From: Eutreptiella sp. 'Long Island Sound 2002'
Taxonomy: Eukaryota; Protista; Euglenida
Direction: 5' to 3'
Assembly: GCA_964036045.1 (NCBI GenBank)
Contig: OZ038378.1
Coordinates: forward strand, 174,406,001 to 174,470,000
DNA length: 64,000 nt
Positions 42,287 through 54,600 of this stretch are shown here, one piece after another. The notes below the pieces were generated by a model. That model ran no database searches. It was not told the origin of the DNA and worked only from the letters and a program-made list of their open reading frames with translations. Each line of letters starts with the position of its first letter. Position 1 is the first letter of the stretch. A program made the position numbers and the translations under genes.

Positions 42287-42679
42287 CATGTTGCCATCTT
42301 GTAGGAAGCCAAAAACATTGAGATCCAAGTTGAGGTCTCATGAATGATTGATACTGAGACATCATGAAGATCGGCTAGCTTGATGCACAAACCTAGGAAC
42401 CTTGGTGCCATTGGTCCAGACTTGTGGAGCTTTACACTGCTGATGCATGCAAAAGGGGCCGTAAAGATGGGTTATGGAGACAATGCCCCCATTTCATGCT
42501 GTATGTGGGCCCCAAAAGCTACCCAAGGCCAACCCTTGTCTGTGATGCATGTCTTCTTTCTCATCATTCTTCCGTGAAAACTTAGGAAAATAGATTTATG
42601 TAAAAATTTTGTTTTACTGAGTTTCTAAAATTAAACAAACTTCTTATTGATTCCTTCCCGCTCAGAGACCCTGACACCG

Positions 42680-43300
42680 CATGGCTTATGTCTCTCTTTT
42701 GGATTACTCCCTGCTCTACAGACCTGAGACGGTAGGGCTTATGTCGCATTTTTCATTCAACAAAAGCCACATAAGGATTACTCCCTGCTCTGCACACCTG
42801 AGACGGTAGGGTTTGTGTAGCATTTTTCATTCAACAAAAGCCACATAACCCCGAGCATCTTGGAAGCTAGTGCAGGCAAGAATCCAAAAGGCTACATAAA
42901 CCCTGCCGTCTTGGGGTCCCTGGAGTGTGGAGGAATCGACAAAGGGTACGTAACCTGTGCCCCCTCAGGTCCTCAGATTGGGTAGGAATAAAAAAGGCTA
43001 CATAACCCCTGCCATCTTGGGGTCCCCAAAGCAGGGAGGAATCAAAAAGGCTACATAACCCCATTAGTCTCGGGGTTCCAAGTGAGTGGAGGCATCAAAA
43101 AAGGCTACACAACCCCTGCCGTCTCCAGTTCCCAAAGTGGGCAAGAATCAAATAGGCGACATAACCCCTGCCATCTCAGGGTCCCCAAGGCAGGGAGGAA
43201 TCCAAAAGGCTACATAACCCCTGCTCTTGGGAAGGAATCAAAAAGGCCACACAATCCCAGCCTACTTGGGTCCCCAAGGTGGGGATTCCTGCCTGCTCCG
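42680..43300 (-). repeat. Diverged, inverted relatives of the 84-bp satellite
   Basis: GGCTACATAACCCCTGCC(G/A)TCTTGGGGTCCCC is the reverse complement of the 6.2-7.6 kb unit core. Confidence 0.8.
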
Positions 43301-43717
43301 GGATCCAAGATGGCATGTACCAAACACTCACACCCAAGACCTGGGTGGTGATGCAAGGCGGCCAAGGCACATTGCTGGCTCTAGAGTGATGCTGGAAACG
43401 GCATTCTTTTGTACTATTGGCACGAACAATACAACTCTGCTCTGCCTTCCCGTATTCCTTTGTGTGATTGTCCAGAATGTTCATTGTCTGAAAAACAATC
43501 ATGACGCAGGGTTTCTTGGCCGCTATGGACAGATGGTATGGGGGTTGGGGGGATACAGGGGGAGTAGGTCATTGTGGGGAAGGGAACGGGGGCTGAACCA
43601 GCAAGGTGAAGGGGAGGGGGCTTCCGCAACATTCCTTGGGGGTAAGGGGGGGAATATATGCTGTGTATTGCTTTCCCTTGCTAGTCCCCTTTTTCTCTTT
43701 TCACATCTGCCCATCCC

Positions 43718-46261
43718 ATGCCCCTAACACACCCCTGTTCTTGTCCATTCCAGCGTCTTGACCCTTCTACGTACATGCAAAAGCTGCTTCTGCGGAAGGA
43801 GCAAGGCCCTTCAGAAGGCCCCTCCTTGGCCCCTGAACCATCCTCCATCAGCATTTCTGACCGAGACTCGACTGTTTCGCCTGAGCTGACCCGAGATCTC
43901 GGCACCGGCCCAGGTCTCCTGAACGGCTATGGCAAGCACTCGTCCATGCGGCTGGCGGCGCTGCAGTACGCTGGCTCCATGGGGGGCCTCGAGAATGGGC
44001 CCATGCCCAGCCCCGATCCAGGGGCCAGTGAGGACCTTAAAACGGACCACGGCCCAAACCTTGCCTTTGATACTCATCCTGACCCTTGGCCAAACCAGAA
44101 CCCAGACCCAGGCCATGGCCCTGTCCTTGACCCGACCCTGAACCAAGATTCAGACCTGCCGCATACCCCAAATCAAGCACTCACCCCTGACCATGTGCCT
44201 CAACTGCAGCCTGACCCTAACCCCAACCCACGTCTGGACCATGACCATCAGTCCGATCGTGGCCTTGACCTGTGCCCTGACCCCTGCCTTGACCCAGACG
44301 ACGCTCCTACTCAGTCTGCATCCCACGGACGGGCACGCAACCCATCTAAGCGCAGGGCACCTCCTACCCTCACCCCTGTTGAACCGTCACCGGTTTCCGC
44401 TGCTGCTGCCCGTGCACCAGTAGCTGCTGCACCACCTGCCAATGGTGCGACTGACTGTGCAAGTGGCCCTCATGCAACGGCAGCTGCGACCACCTCTGCC
44501 CCCCAGGCAACGGCAGCTGCGACCACCTCTGCCCCCCAGGCAACGGCAGCTGCGACCACCTCTGCCCCCCAGGCAACGGCAGCTGCGACCACCTCTGCCC
44601 CCCAGGCAACGGCAGCTGCGACCACCTCTGCCCCCCAGGCAACGGCAGCTGCGACCACCTCTGCCCCCCAGGCAACGGCAGCTGCGACCACCTCTGCCCC
44701 CCAGGCAACGACAGCTGCGACCACCTCTGCCCCCCAGGCAACGACAGCTGCGACCACCTCTGCCCCCCAGGCAACGGCAGCTGTGACCACCTCTGCCCCC
44801 CAGGCAACGGCAGCTGCGACGACCTCTGCCCCCCAGGCAACGGCAGCTGTGACCACCTCTGCCCCCCAGACAACGGCAGCTGCGACCACCTCTGCCCCCC
44901 AGGCAACGGCAGCTGCGACCACCTCTGCCCCCCAGGCAACGGCAGCTGCGACCACCTCTGCCCCCCAGGCAACGGCAGCTGCGACCACCTCTGCCCCCCA
45001 GGCAACGGCAGCTGCGACCACCTCTGCCCCCCAGGCAACGGCAGCTGTGACCACCTCTGCCCCCCAGACAACGGCAGCTGCGACCACCTCTGCCCCCCAG
45101 GCAACGGCAGCTGTGACCACCTCTGCCCCCCAGGCAACGGCAGCTGCGACCACCTCTGCCCCCCAGGCAACGGCAGCTGCGACCACGGCAGCTGCGACCA
45201 CCTCTGCCCCCCAGGCAACGGCAGCTGCGACCACCTCTGCCCCCCAGGCAACGGCAGCTGCGACCACCTCTGCCCCCCAGGCAACGGCAGCTGTGACCAC
45301 CTCTGCCCCCCAGGCAACGGCAGCTGCGACCACCTCTGCCCCCCAGGCAACGGCAGCTGCGACTACACCTGCTGAGGGTGCAACAGACACCCCTCAGGCA
45401 ACAACAGCTGCTGCCACACCTGCCCGTCACGTAGCAACAGCTGTTGCCTCATCTGCCTCTGATATGCCGATTGCTGCTGCCATACCCGCCCCGAACGCCT
45501 CGTCACCTGCCACTGCATCTGCCCCTACTGCCTCTACACCTGGAATCGGAACCACAACCACTTGGAATGCCTCGTCACCTGCCACCACAACTGCCCCCAA
45601 TGCGCTGTCACTTACTACCCCAACTGCCTCCAATGCCTCCTCACCTGCCATCACAACTGCCTCCCACACCTTGTCACCCGCTACGGCCACTGCCTCCAAT
45701 GCCTCGTCACCCGCCACCACACCTGCCTTCCATGCAACGGCAACTGCCAGCACAACCAGCCTTCGCAAGTCCTCAGATCCGGGGCCCAAGCCCGCAGTCC
45801 ATGGGGCTCGAGTGCTGGCATTCCGCACCACGCGACGGGGCTCAACTGGGACACTCCCGTCAACCGTAACAGTCCCGCAGCAGAAGAAGCACACGCTCAG
45901 TTTGAACGGCCCGACGGTTGAAATCCCGCGGCTTGTACGCCGGGCCCAAAGTGTGGATTGCGGTTTGTCCATGCCGCCCTCCGCTCTGGACCGCGGAGTT
46001 AGCAGCAGCCCTGCATGCAACAGGGCTGAAGGGGAGCCTGTGGGCCACCCTGATGCTGATCAGGTTGCCAATGACATGGCCAATAATGGCTCAAGTGCCA
46101 GCACCGACAAGAACCATAGCATCGACCCCAACGGCAACCCTATTGCCCAGGCAAGCACAGAGCCTGACTCTTATGCAACACAGGCAGTGGCCAGCGGCGG
46201 AAACCTGCCTGGGACAGTGAATGGAGGTGCAGGCGTGGCAGCCAGTGGCACTGGTGACTGA
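43718..46261 (+). CDS. Low-complexity Ala/Thr/Pro-rich (mucin-like) ORF or large exon, 847 aa
   Basis: Open well beyond the repeat on both sides, with GC3-rich codons; ~27 copies of ATAAATTSAPQ plus NASSPAT repeats; possible acceptor CATTCCAG at 43752. True gene structure unknown. Confidence 0.6.
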   Translation: MPLTHPCSCPFQRLDPSTYMQKLLLRKEQGPSEGPSLAPEPSSISISDRDSTVSPELTRDLGTGPGLLNGYGKHSSMRLAALQYAGSMGGLENGPMPSPDPGASEDLKTDHGPNLAFDTHPDPWPNQNPDPGHGPVLDPTLNQDSDLPHTPNQALTPDHVPQLQPDPNPNPRLDHDHQSDRGLDLCPDPCLDPDDAPTQSASHGRARNPSKRRAPPTLTPVEPSPVSAAAARAPVAAAPPANGATDCASGPHATAAATTSAPQATAAATTSAPQATAAATTSAPQATAAATTSAPQATAAATTSAPQATAAATTSAPQATAAATTSAPQATTAATTSAPQATTAATTSAPQATAAVTTSAPQATAAATTSAPQATAAVTTSAPQTTAAATTSAPQATAAATTSAPQATAAATTSAPQATAAATTSAPQATAAATTSAPQATAAVTTSAPQTTAAATTSAPQATAAVTTSAPQATAAATTSAPQATAAATTAAATTSAPQATAAATTSAPQATAAATTSAPQATAAVTTSAPQATAAATTSAPQATAAATTPAEGATDTPQATTAAATPARHVATAVASSASDMPIAAAIPAPNASSPATASAPTASTPGIGTTTTWNASSPATTTAPNALSLTTPTASNASSPAITTASHTLSPATATASNASSPATTPAFHATATASTTSLRKSSDPGPKPAVHGARVLAFRTTRRGSTGTLPSTVTVPQQKKHTLSLNGPTVEIPRLVRRAQSVDCGLSMPPSALDRGVSSSPACNRAEGEPVGHPDADQVANDMANNGSSASTDKNHSIDPNGNPIAQASTEPDSYATQAVASGGNLPGTVNGGAGVAASGTGD
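44475..45365 (+). repeat. 33-bp coding minisatellite, ~27 copies
   Basis: Unit GCAACGGCAGCTGCGACCACCTCTGCCCCCCAG with few variants and one partial unit near 45180. Confidence 0.97.
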
Positions 46262-46659
46262 TTGGCAGAATGGCATTGCACAGGCCACTGGTCAACCTCG
46301 TGCCAAAAAGTCCTAAAAGATTTATTCTGTAGTCAGGAGCGGGCACATCTTCAACAGTTTGGTGAATTGGATGATGTTTTGAGGGGAACCAGGACTGCCC
46401 TGCGGCCAATTGCTAGTAAACACTGACCGGTTGACCATCAACTCATACTGACTTACCTCCTCCCAATAGTGAACCCCCCCCCCCCCTGCAGGCTGAAAGG
46501 AGCTAGAGGGGAAGAGCGGGCAATTGGAGGGCATAGTCCAGGACAGAGGGAAGCTGAGAGTGAGATTGGACTGCAGCAAGTTTGTGTCCGCCGAGCGAGT
46601 AGCTCTGGAGGACTGAGTGTGGGAAAGGGTAGGTTGGAGGTTGTTGTGTGCACCCGTTG

Positions 46660-47440
46660 GGGAAGAGAACCCACAAGTAGGGCCGCTGCCCTCTTCTGTG
46701 TGGACCTGACACTGAGCAGTGAAACTGGGACAAACTGGGGGCTCCGTTGGCACAAGCTACCAAGGGAAAGGAAGGGTGTGGAGAACAGACCTGGAGAGCA
46801 AGCGCACAAGGTGTGTGGCCAATGTGCACTGTTGCCTGAGGAGGGAAAGGGTTCGAGGAAAGGACAAGGGCAGGTGGCGAGAGGTCAATAGGCGCTGCCA
46901 GCTTCAGACAGCAATCCACCCAGGCGTCATCCCCTCCCCCCTTGGCACAACCTACCACGGGAAAGGAAGGGAGGGTCCAGAGGTGAGGATAGGCCAGACC
47001 GGTAGATCAATTGCATTTGGTGGAGAGAGGCCAATGGGCACCGCTACCTACAGAGAGAAGGTGTCCAAGGGTTCAAGAAAGGACAAAGGTAAGTGGCGAG
47101 AGACCAAGCAACCGGCTTCAGACAGCAATCCACGCAGGCTTCATGCCAACCCCCCCAACCCTGGCGAGAAATTAATTGATTGATTGACAGGATCCTGCCA
47201 GTTGACACCGCCAATTTTCGGGACAGCATCAACATCTTAGGATTCGTCCCGAACCCCCCATCCCCCCCCTCCTTGGCCACTCAGGTGTCATGCCAGACCC
47301 CCCTCATTATTGGTTGTGTTTGTGCCACAACCGGCCACCACGGAGAATCAGAAGTGGTGCGCCAACACAACCTCTTGGTAGATCTTTGTGAGTGGTGAGA
47401 GACCGATTGACGCCGCCGACTGCCAGCCGAGCAACAGCAT
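46660..47440 (+). repeat. Interspersed decayed coding-like repeat family (WREANGR motif)
   Basis: CTCTTCTGTGTGGACC...CTCCGTTGGCAC...GGCGAGAGG(T/C)CAAT..GCGCTGCCAGCTTCAGACAGCAATCC; further copies at ~50990-51140, 62050-62400, 62800-63070 and 63370-63560. Confidence 0.8.
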
Positions 47441-48099
47441 TTGAGTGCTTTGTCCCAAACGTCCCTCACTCCTCGTGCTATGTACACCACCACTCAGGTT
47501 TGTTGCTCTTAGAGGGTGCACCTTGCCCCAGGTCATTAACATTTTTGGCACAACAGCTCTGATGTTGTCGCCTGACTCAAGACTGCTCCGACCCCGTGCC
47601 TGTTTTCATTCCAAGTCGCTGTTTTACACTGGATCCATAGGGTTGTTGCGTAGGCTGAACACGGAAAGTCAAAGGTGAGGTGAAAGTGTTGCGGTGGGGC
47701 GGCCCTATACATTTGTCGGCTTGGACCTTTGGAGGTACGTGCCCTTTGGCTGAAGGACAGAGAGTGCACCTGTTCCAAGGACCGTTGCTGCTTGACATGA
47801 GATGTGCGAGGGCGCGGTTGCATGGTGCAAGGAAAGCAGCAAAACAGCAAACGCTGCAAATTTGCCCCATTCCACATTCTTGTTTCAGGTCAACCACCTC
47901 AAAGAGGGTTGTTAGATCAAGCGCAGGCACGGGCGCCATATGCCCCCTCGTTGGGGGGGCATTTCGTCCTAAAGTGCACCTGCTTTCCTTGAGTTGCCCT
48001 CACCGAGCCCCTGAAGCTCCATCTCTCCACTATCCCTCCCTTGAGTTACCACCGGACACCTACCGCCGCCTCTACCGTCCCCTTCCCTCCAGCACTCCC

Positions 48100-48200
48100 G
48101 AGTATGCCATGCTCTTGCGCAGAAATGTTCGAACCTCACTGACCACCTCGTGCATACTGGGCATTGCAAGGTGGATTACAGCTGCCCTTGAGGGTGTCAC
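48100..48200 (-). pseudogene. Second short USP fragment (QGQL*STLQCPVCTRWSVRFEHF)
   Basis: Matches the USP motif QGQxKSxxxCxxCxxxSxxFDPF and duplicates 48900-48955. Confidence 0.7.
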
Positions 48201-48879
48201 CTGCGCAGTGCGCACGGTGCGGCGCGTGGTGCAACGTCAAACCGGCACACGAAATATGGTAACCCTGAACATGCTCAAAAGTGGGCAGTGGGCACTGAAT
48301 GCCACGGTTGGGTGATGCCATTTGCTGGCCATTCCTAGCTGTGCCCGGATTGCCCACTGAGCCGGCTCACGTTCCCCGTCTCGCGTGCTGAGTCTTCTTT
48401 GTGCCGTGAGAGCCGTGGGCCCTTTTCTATCACCAGGACACGGCCTGCCTGGCACGGGGTGTGGGCAGCTGCAACCATCAACACCCTAGAGATGAGTTTG
48501 GAGTGGAGGAGACCTTTGTTGCATGCAAGCTGATTAGGCCATCGCGTCGCTGCCTAAAAAAAAAAAACTTACACCCTTCAAAAAGGGTGTATGTTGAACG
48601 TTACTTCCTCTGACGCGCATGGTGCATGCGGTGTGCGCGCAGTGCGATTTCAGCACCACCCTCCTCGGAAGAAATTAATTTTCGAGCGGAGGCCCTCTCA
48701 CACCTTTGTGGCACCACCTTGTCAATCGGAAATCAAAATACAAAACATTTACCATTGGTGCTTCCTCCTTCACTGCAGAAAGTCGATGCCCAACACTATG
48801 AATTAAGCGTCTAAATTGTGCTTCATCGTTCTCTTGATGGATCCTACACAAGGATTCAGGATATGACAATATTTGGTGA

Positions 48880-49700
48880 TATTTGCCACAGAACCATGTG
48901 CTCACTGACCACCTCATGCATACCAGGCAGTGCAAGATGGATTACAGCTGCCCTAGGAAGAGATCCACCACCAAAGAGTCATTGTCTAGCGATGGCCTTC
49001 TGACGCCTTTTGTGCCATCGCTTTGTCAAGGCGCCCATTATTGTCCTCAGGATTGAGAGGATCGTACCCATTGTGCTTCATGCAGTTGAGGCCGTTGTGA
49101 ATGCCATCCATGAAGGAGGCGATCGGTTCCCGAGCGCTGTGCTAGTCGCCTTCATGAAATTTGGGTGGTGACTGGTCTGGCCTCCTTGAAGGAAGGGAGG
49201 GATTTTCCTCCCAACCACATCAATTCAATATAGTTGGCCCAACACTTCGCCAGCTCTCAACTACTATATGGATTGAGGCCCTTCGTACAGCCATACCAAA
49301 GGGAAGAGCCTTCCGTGTTACTTATACACTGGATTGTGTTGTTCATGAAACATGTGTTGCCCGAATTTCCGAGGCCAAAGCGGTCTTTGCAAGGCTGAGG
49401 CGCACCAATGGCCTTGGCCTTGACATTGGCATCAGCATGGATATCAGCCTTCTCTGGTCCTATCTGCCGGATTTGGTCCGAGTTCCACAGTCTGATTATC
49501 TCGTAAAGATCAGCCGCCACAGTGGGGGAACTATTGTGGAGCATCCTTTTGAAGATTTTCGATGACAACCTATTGCTCAACATGAGTTTTTTGTGGTTCT
49601 GATTCCCACTGGAATGACTTGTACATACATGACCAAGCAATTCGGAGACTGTGATGTCTTTACGGAGACCAAATGATACTTGCATGAATTTCCCGGTTTC
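48880..49700 (-). pseudogene. Intronless ubiquitin-specific protease (USP4/15/32-like catalytic domain) pseudogene
   Basis: Cys box GLGNSGNTCFMNNTIQCISNT (Cys codon 49350-49352), then ELAKCWANYIELMW, PKFHEGD*HSAREPIASFMDGIHNGLN, EDNNGRLDKAMAQKASEGH, DSLVVDLFLGQL*SILHCLVC; several stops and frameshifts. Confidence 0.85.
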
Positions 49701-51199
49701 CTGACTCTCAGCCCACCCGGGCATCTGGGTGTTTGGGGGGATCAAAAGTACTGCAACCCCCCCCCCCAAATTTTTTTTGACCTCGAAATCATGGTTTTGT
49801 TTTGAGCCAGAATATTTGATTTTGAGCTAGAAATATTTTCTCAACCCCCTCTTTGAGGGTTTTTCGCCCAGGTGGTAGGGGCTTTCAACGTTCATGCAGT
49901 TTCTAGGCTGTTCAGTGGCTCTTAAAAGTATTTGCAATTTCCTGACTTTTTTGGGATGGGTTTGGGTCATCATTTGTTGACAATCCTCCAGCGCCCCTAG
50001 GGACCCACCCACATATTGCCACCAGGCCCGTGTAGCAAGGGGGTCCCCGCCCCCTAAAGCCCCAACATTGATGTTTGTAGGATGTTTAGTGGCATTTGAA
50101 AAAATCAAAAACTGCTTTTTTCCCCGAAAGATTTTCTAATGGTGTTGGGATGGGCTTGGGTCATCATTTGGTGCCAATGCAGTTACTCTGAGGGAGTACT
50201 GTGTGTACGCAGTGCGCGCACAGTGCGTGTATTGGGGTTATTCCACAGACCTACCCACCTATTTTATAGGGAAGTGCATGTGTCTTCAAGCTGTAAAATC
50301 CACCATGTCCCTTTCATGGCTTCTTCGAGGCATTGTTGTCACCTACACCCTATCAAATGGTGATAGGATGCCAAGCACCATCATCTCCCCATCCGAGTGT
50401 GAGCACTGAGTATGACATTGATGGTCAGCATGTGTCTCAACCCACGGCTTCTCACCGAGTTGAAGCCTCCAGGACTTCGTAGCAACCATCCAAAAGCCAC
50501 GAGGAATTGACAGCAACCAAGTAGCAAACATGGAAAAGTTATCAAGAATACAGCAACCATCCACAGGGCATCAAGAATTAACAACAGCCATGAAGAACCC
50601 ACCAAGAATTTGCAATAACCATCCAAAAGCCGCCAAGACCTAACAGCAACCAAGTCGCAAACATCAAAGAGTTTTCAGCAAAAAAAAAGCAAGCATCTAG
50701 GAGCCTCCAAGCATTTTCAATAAGCATCCACAAGCCTGAAAATAATTGCAAGAAAGTAATTAGAAAGTAATAACAAGCAGCCCTAAAGCCTCCAGGGTGC
50801 ACCATTTCAAGGGATTCCAAGTATTGACCATTTCCCCACAGGTTGTTCCAACACACTCCGCGGTGCGCGCGCGGTGCAGGCACTACCTCTCTAGCACCCA
50901 CACAGCGTCTGCTAGGCCTATAACCAGGGCAATCCCCTCCCCCCTTCTGCTGGGCACTCTGCGATGAAAGAGTGGTTGCACTCCGCACTGAAGACTATTT
51001 CCGTGTGGATCCTTGATGTGTTGCCACAACCCGCCACCATGGAGAAATAGAAACAGTGGCCCAACACAACGGCTTCGTGGATCTTTGTGAATGGCAAGAG
51101 GCCAATGGGCGCCGCCAATTGCTATCACAGCTGTCCAATGCTATGATGGTCCCACAAAACAATGTGGTAGCGGACACAACACGCTGTGAGGATGAGCTA

Positions 51200-51600
51200 G
51201 GCTAACATTAGAAGAGACGGCGGGGTGTCTGGGACACAAAAGTTTGTGCACCACAATGGCCCGATCAGCTTTGCCCTATTGTAAATTTCGTTTTTTCCCA
51301 CTATGGTCACTTTGGTCGGGGGGGGGGGAGGGGTCCTCCTATGGTTGTCAGCCCCAGGGGGGGCGGCCGGGCCGGGTCCTTGTATGCGACCCCCCCAGCC
51401 CCCCCCCCCCCCCCTCCCCACCCCCGGGTTTTGAAAGATAGTGGTGCCGGGCTGGCCCCCAACAAGTGTCCCTAGAGAAAACTGTCCGGTGCCGAAGGCG
51501 CCAATTTTTTTTTTCATACTATGTGTTTATACTCAAAATGCTCAAAAATTTGTGGAGAATTCATATTTGTGTTAAAACAACAAGAAAAATTTTTGACCTG
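51200..51600. repeat. Interspersed repeat; a related copy lies at ~59000-59170
   Basis: ATGTGT(T/G)TATACTCAAAATGC...(G/C)GAATTCA(T/A)AT(T/G)TG...AAAAA...TTTGACC is shared between the two loci. Confidence 0.7.
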
Positions 51601-54600
51601 AAGGAGGGCTATAGGAGGGCTGCAGGCCCTAACAGCAACCCAAGCCCTAACCCTAATCAAGACTGAATATTGGGACCGAGCTGGTGGGGGAGGGAACATC
51701 AGCTATGACTGGTGAGGGACATCAAGAATGATTCACGCATTGATGGCTCTTGACAAAGTGAAATCAGCTTGCAAGTGAACCCCATCACCACGAGGCCCAC
51801 TTTCAAGGCTTTTTGGACTTCTGAGGGGCCAAAATGCCCCAAAATGGGCTCAAAATGGGCTCATTTCACCCATTTGTGCACCCCAAATGGTCTAGGATGA
51901 GGTTTGGAAAAATGCGTTTTTGACCCATTTTTGACCCATTTTTGGTCCCAAAACAGCCCATTTTCAAGGCATTTTGGGATTTTCAGAGGACCGAAATGGG
52001 CCACCACAAGCTCAAAACGGTCCAAAAACACTTGTTTTAGCGTCGGACATGGTCTAGTATCATTTTTGAGAAAAGTCATCTTTTTGCCCCTATTGGACCC
52101 TATTAACCCATTTGGGCACCCACCTGTTTGGGTTTGAGCTTGCAGCTTGCCGCAGCCTAGTGGGCCTAGGTATTGGGGTCTAGGCGTCCGTTTGGGCAAT
52201 TCTGAGGGGTGGAAACCACAAAAAGTGGGGGGTTGCGGGTGGAGTAGGTGCCCTCGGAATCGCATTTTGAGCAGCCATGTAGCCAAAGATATGGCCTATT
52301 CTTGGTTTGTGGCTGTCGGCATTTGAAGCTTTTGGGGGCCTTTTTAGGCCGTTTCCAGGGCATATCATGGAGTTAGAGGGCCGCAAAGAGCTTGTTGACA
52401 CGGGGAAGTGAAGGCGCACGTGGAGTGTACCCCACCGTTTCCCTTCGTTTGGCCGTTTTGAATGTGTTCCAAGGCTTTTTTGGCCCAAAAGTGGCTGTTT
52501 TTGGCCCTAAACTGCAGTTTTTTGAAACTGAGGTCCGCCACTTGCGAATCCCGTTCCCGGTCGCCACTGTTGAGTTTCTTGCTCAAACTTTGTGTGATTG
52601 TACTTCACACCCATAGGTATCATCCACCAAAATTCCACCCGAATCTGAAGCACCACGACGGAGTTCTGATTTTTACCCATTTCGCGTGCTGCTGCATTTT
52701 GCGCGTGCTGCTGCTTGCTGCTTGCTGCTGCTTGCTGTCGCTAAACCTGGTAGGTCCACCCTAGACACTAAAAAGGGTTATAAAACCAAGACTGGTTCCA
52801 CCAGCTCGGTGACCCTAACCCTAACCCCCCCCACCCCTGGCTGGACGCCCCGTGACCCCTGGCCAGACCCCCCCCCTTGACCCCTGGCAGGAACCCTCCC
52901 CCCGACCCCGGCAGGACCCCCCCCGACCCCCGGCAGGAACCCCCCCCACTGCCCCCCCCCCCCCGAGTTTTGACAGATAGCTGGGGGGGTGGTCGCATCA
53001 AGACCGTTGGTAGTCACCCCCCCCCCCCCCCCGTGTGTCAGCCATTCTTGTAAGGGGGCGCCCTTAGCGCAGTGCAACTATTTGGGGGTCTAGCCGTATT
53101 GGAGACCCATACTTTGTGATACTAGGGGCATCATTGTTGCCCCTAGCATAGGTTTTGATGCTTCTCCCACATGGAGGATATGGCACTTTTGGATTTTCAC
53201 CCACCTTCACCCATTTCCACCCCCATTCACATTTTTTTTTGCTCATCTTCACCATGGACTCCCACATTTTGGTGTGGGCCCTTGAGTTGGGGTGATGGAC
53301 TCCCACGCTTTGGCGTGGCCCCTCGAGTTGACGTGACGGACTGCCCAGTTTTTGCCTGACCATAGTCGAATGCCCTATGCAAGGCCGCATCCCTGCTGAT
53401 GAGGAAGCGTGGTTGTGCCACAAGTTAAAAACAGAGGTTGATGTGGATTCCCTCCTGCAAGAAACTTTACCCCCCGGTCCAGTTGAGGATGGGGTGGACA
53501 CATATGTGGCTTTGGGGCTAGCCGGTAGGGTGAGTGAGCGTTCAATTGAAACAATGGAACAAAAAAGAGGATATGTGCGTGGCTTTCCGCATTTTGTATG
53601 ATGTTTCATATAAAGGGAAGGTATCTTGAGCTAGGGTAGTTTGGGTGACCTAAATTTAGGGGCATTTGGGTAGCTGGGGTGGCCTAATTTTGAGGGTGTT
53701 TGGAAGGGGTGGGTATGGGGGTTCTTCACAGAGGAATCTAGTCTAAAAGTAGCGCGCAGTGCGTGCGCAGTGCAAGGGTTCCCCCTAAAGCTGGGCTGAG
53801 GTAAATCTGATACAGCAGCAAGAACGCCCACGCCCATAGGCATCCCAGTGTGCCACTACAAACAGCAATTCAAGGCGGTTCAAGGCTTGCGGGGGGGAAG
53901 GGCGGGGTGAGACAAAGCCCTTAGATGTTGCTGCTCTTCGCCAACTTACCATCACCCCGCCCCCCCGGAAAAAAAAAGAATTGCCTTGAACTGCTGTTTG
54001 TAGGCTGTTTGGCGGCCATTGAGAATTTTGAAACCTTGAATGTTTGGGCAACCTTTTGTTAGCTGTGGCATGGTTGCGGTCATCATTTGGTGTCAATACG
54101 AGTACTCCAGCACCTATGGGGGCCCACATCCAATGTTGCCAGGGCCATGCCCCCCCCCCCCCAAAAAAAAATCCCCGAAATTGCTGTTTGCAGCTTTTAT
54201 GATGGCACAACCTGCTAATGCAGTTCAAATAGCTCAAAAATCGAAAAGTCCAATACCCGTATTTTCGATAATTTTGTCCAGCCACAACGATCAAATATCC
54301 CATGTAAAGCATGCAATAGCCTCAATATCACAAAACACAAAACACAAAAATGAATAGCCTTGTATAAACAGCTCTATATTGATACCCCTGCCCCCACCAA
54401 TAATAAAATTATTTGATGTGTGGCAGTGGGGCTCGGGACAAACCAACCCGTTGAGCAATTTTGCTCACCAAGTTGGCTCAACCCAAACTGCATCCTGTAA
54501 AGCTGATTGCTCCTTTTCAATGTCTAGGTACCTTGATTATGTAGCCTTTGTTGTGTAGTTGCTCAAGTGTCCTCTACAATGATGGGTGTGTGAGCAACAC

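Noticed and set aside
44370-45430. Long ORFs in alternative and antisense frames of the 33-bp repeat
   Set aside because: The unit lacks stops in most frames, and these ORFs close near the repeat edges.
48940-49150. Stop-codon reassignment (TAG at a conserved Gln, TAA at a conserved Lys in the USP copy)
   Set aside because: The stops replace different residues and co-occur with frameshifts; simple pseudogene decay explains them.
52813-52830. TAACCC telomere-like units (also ~51646-51657)
   Set aside because: Only about two units each; insufficient for an interstitial telomere call.
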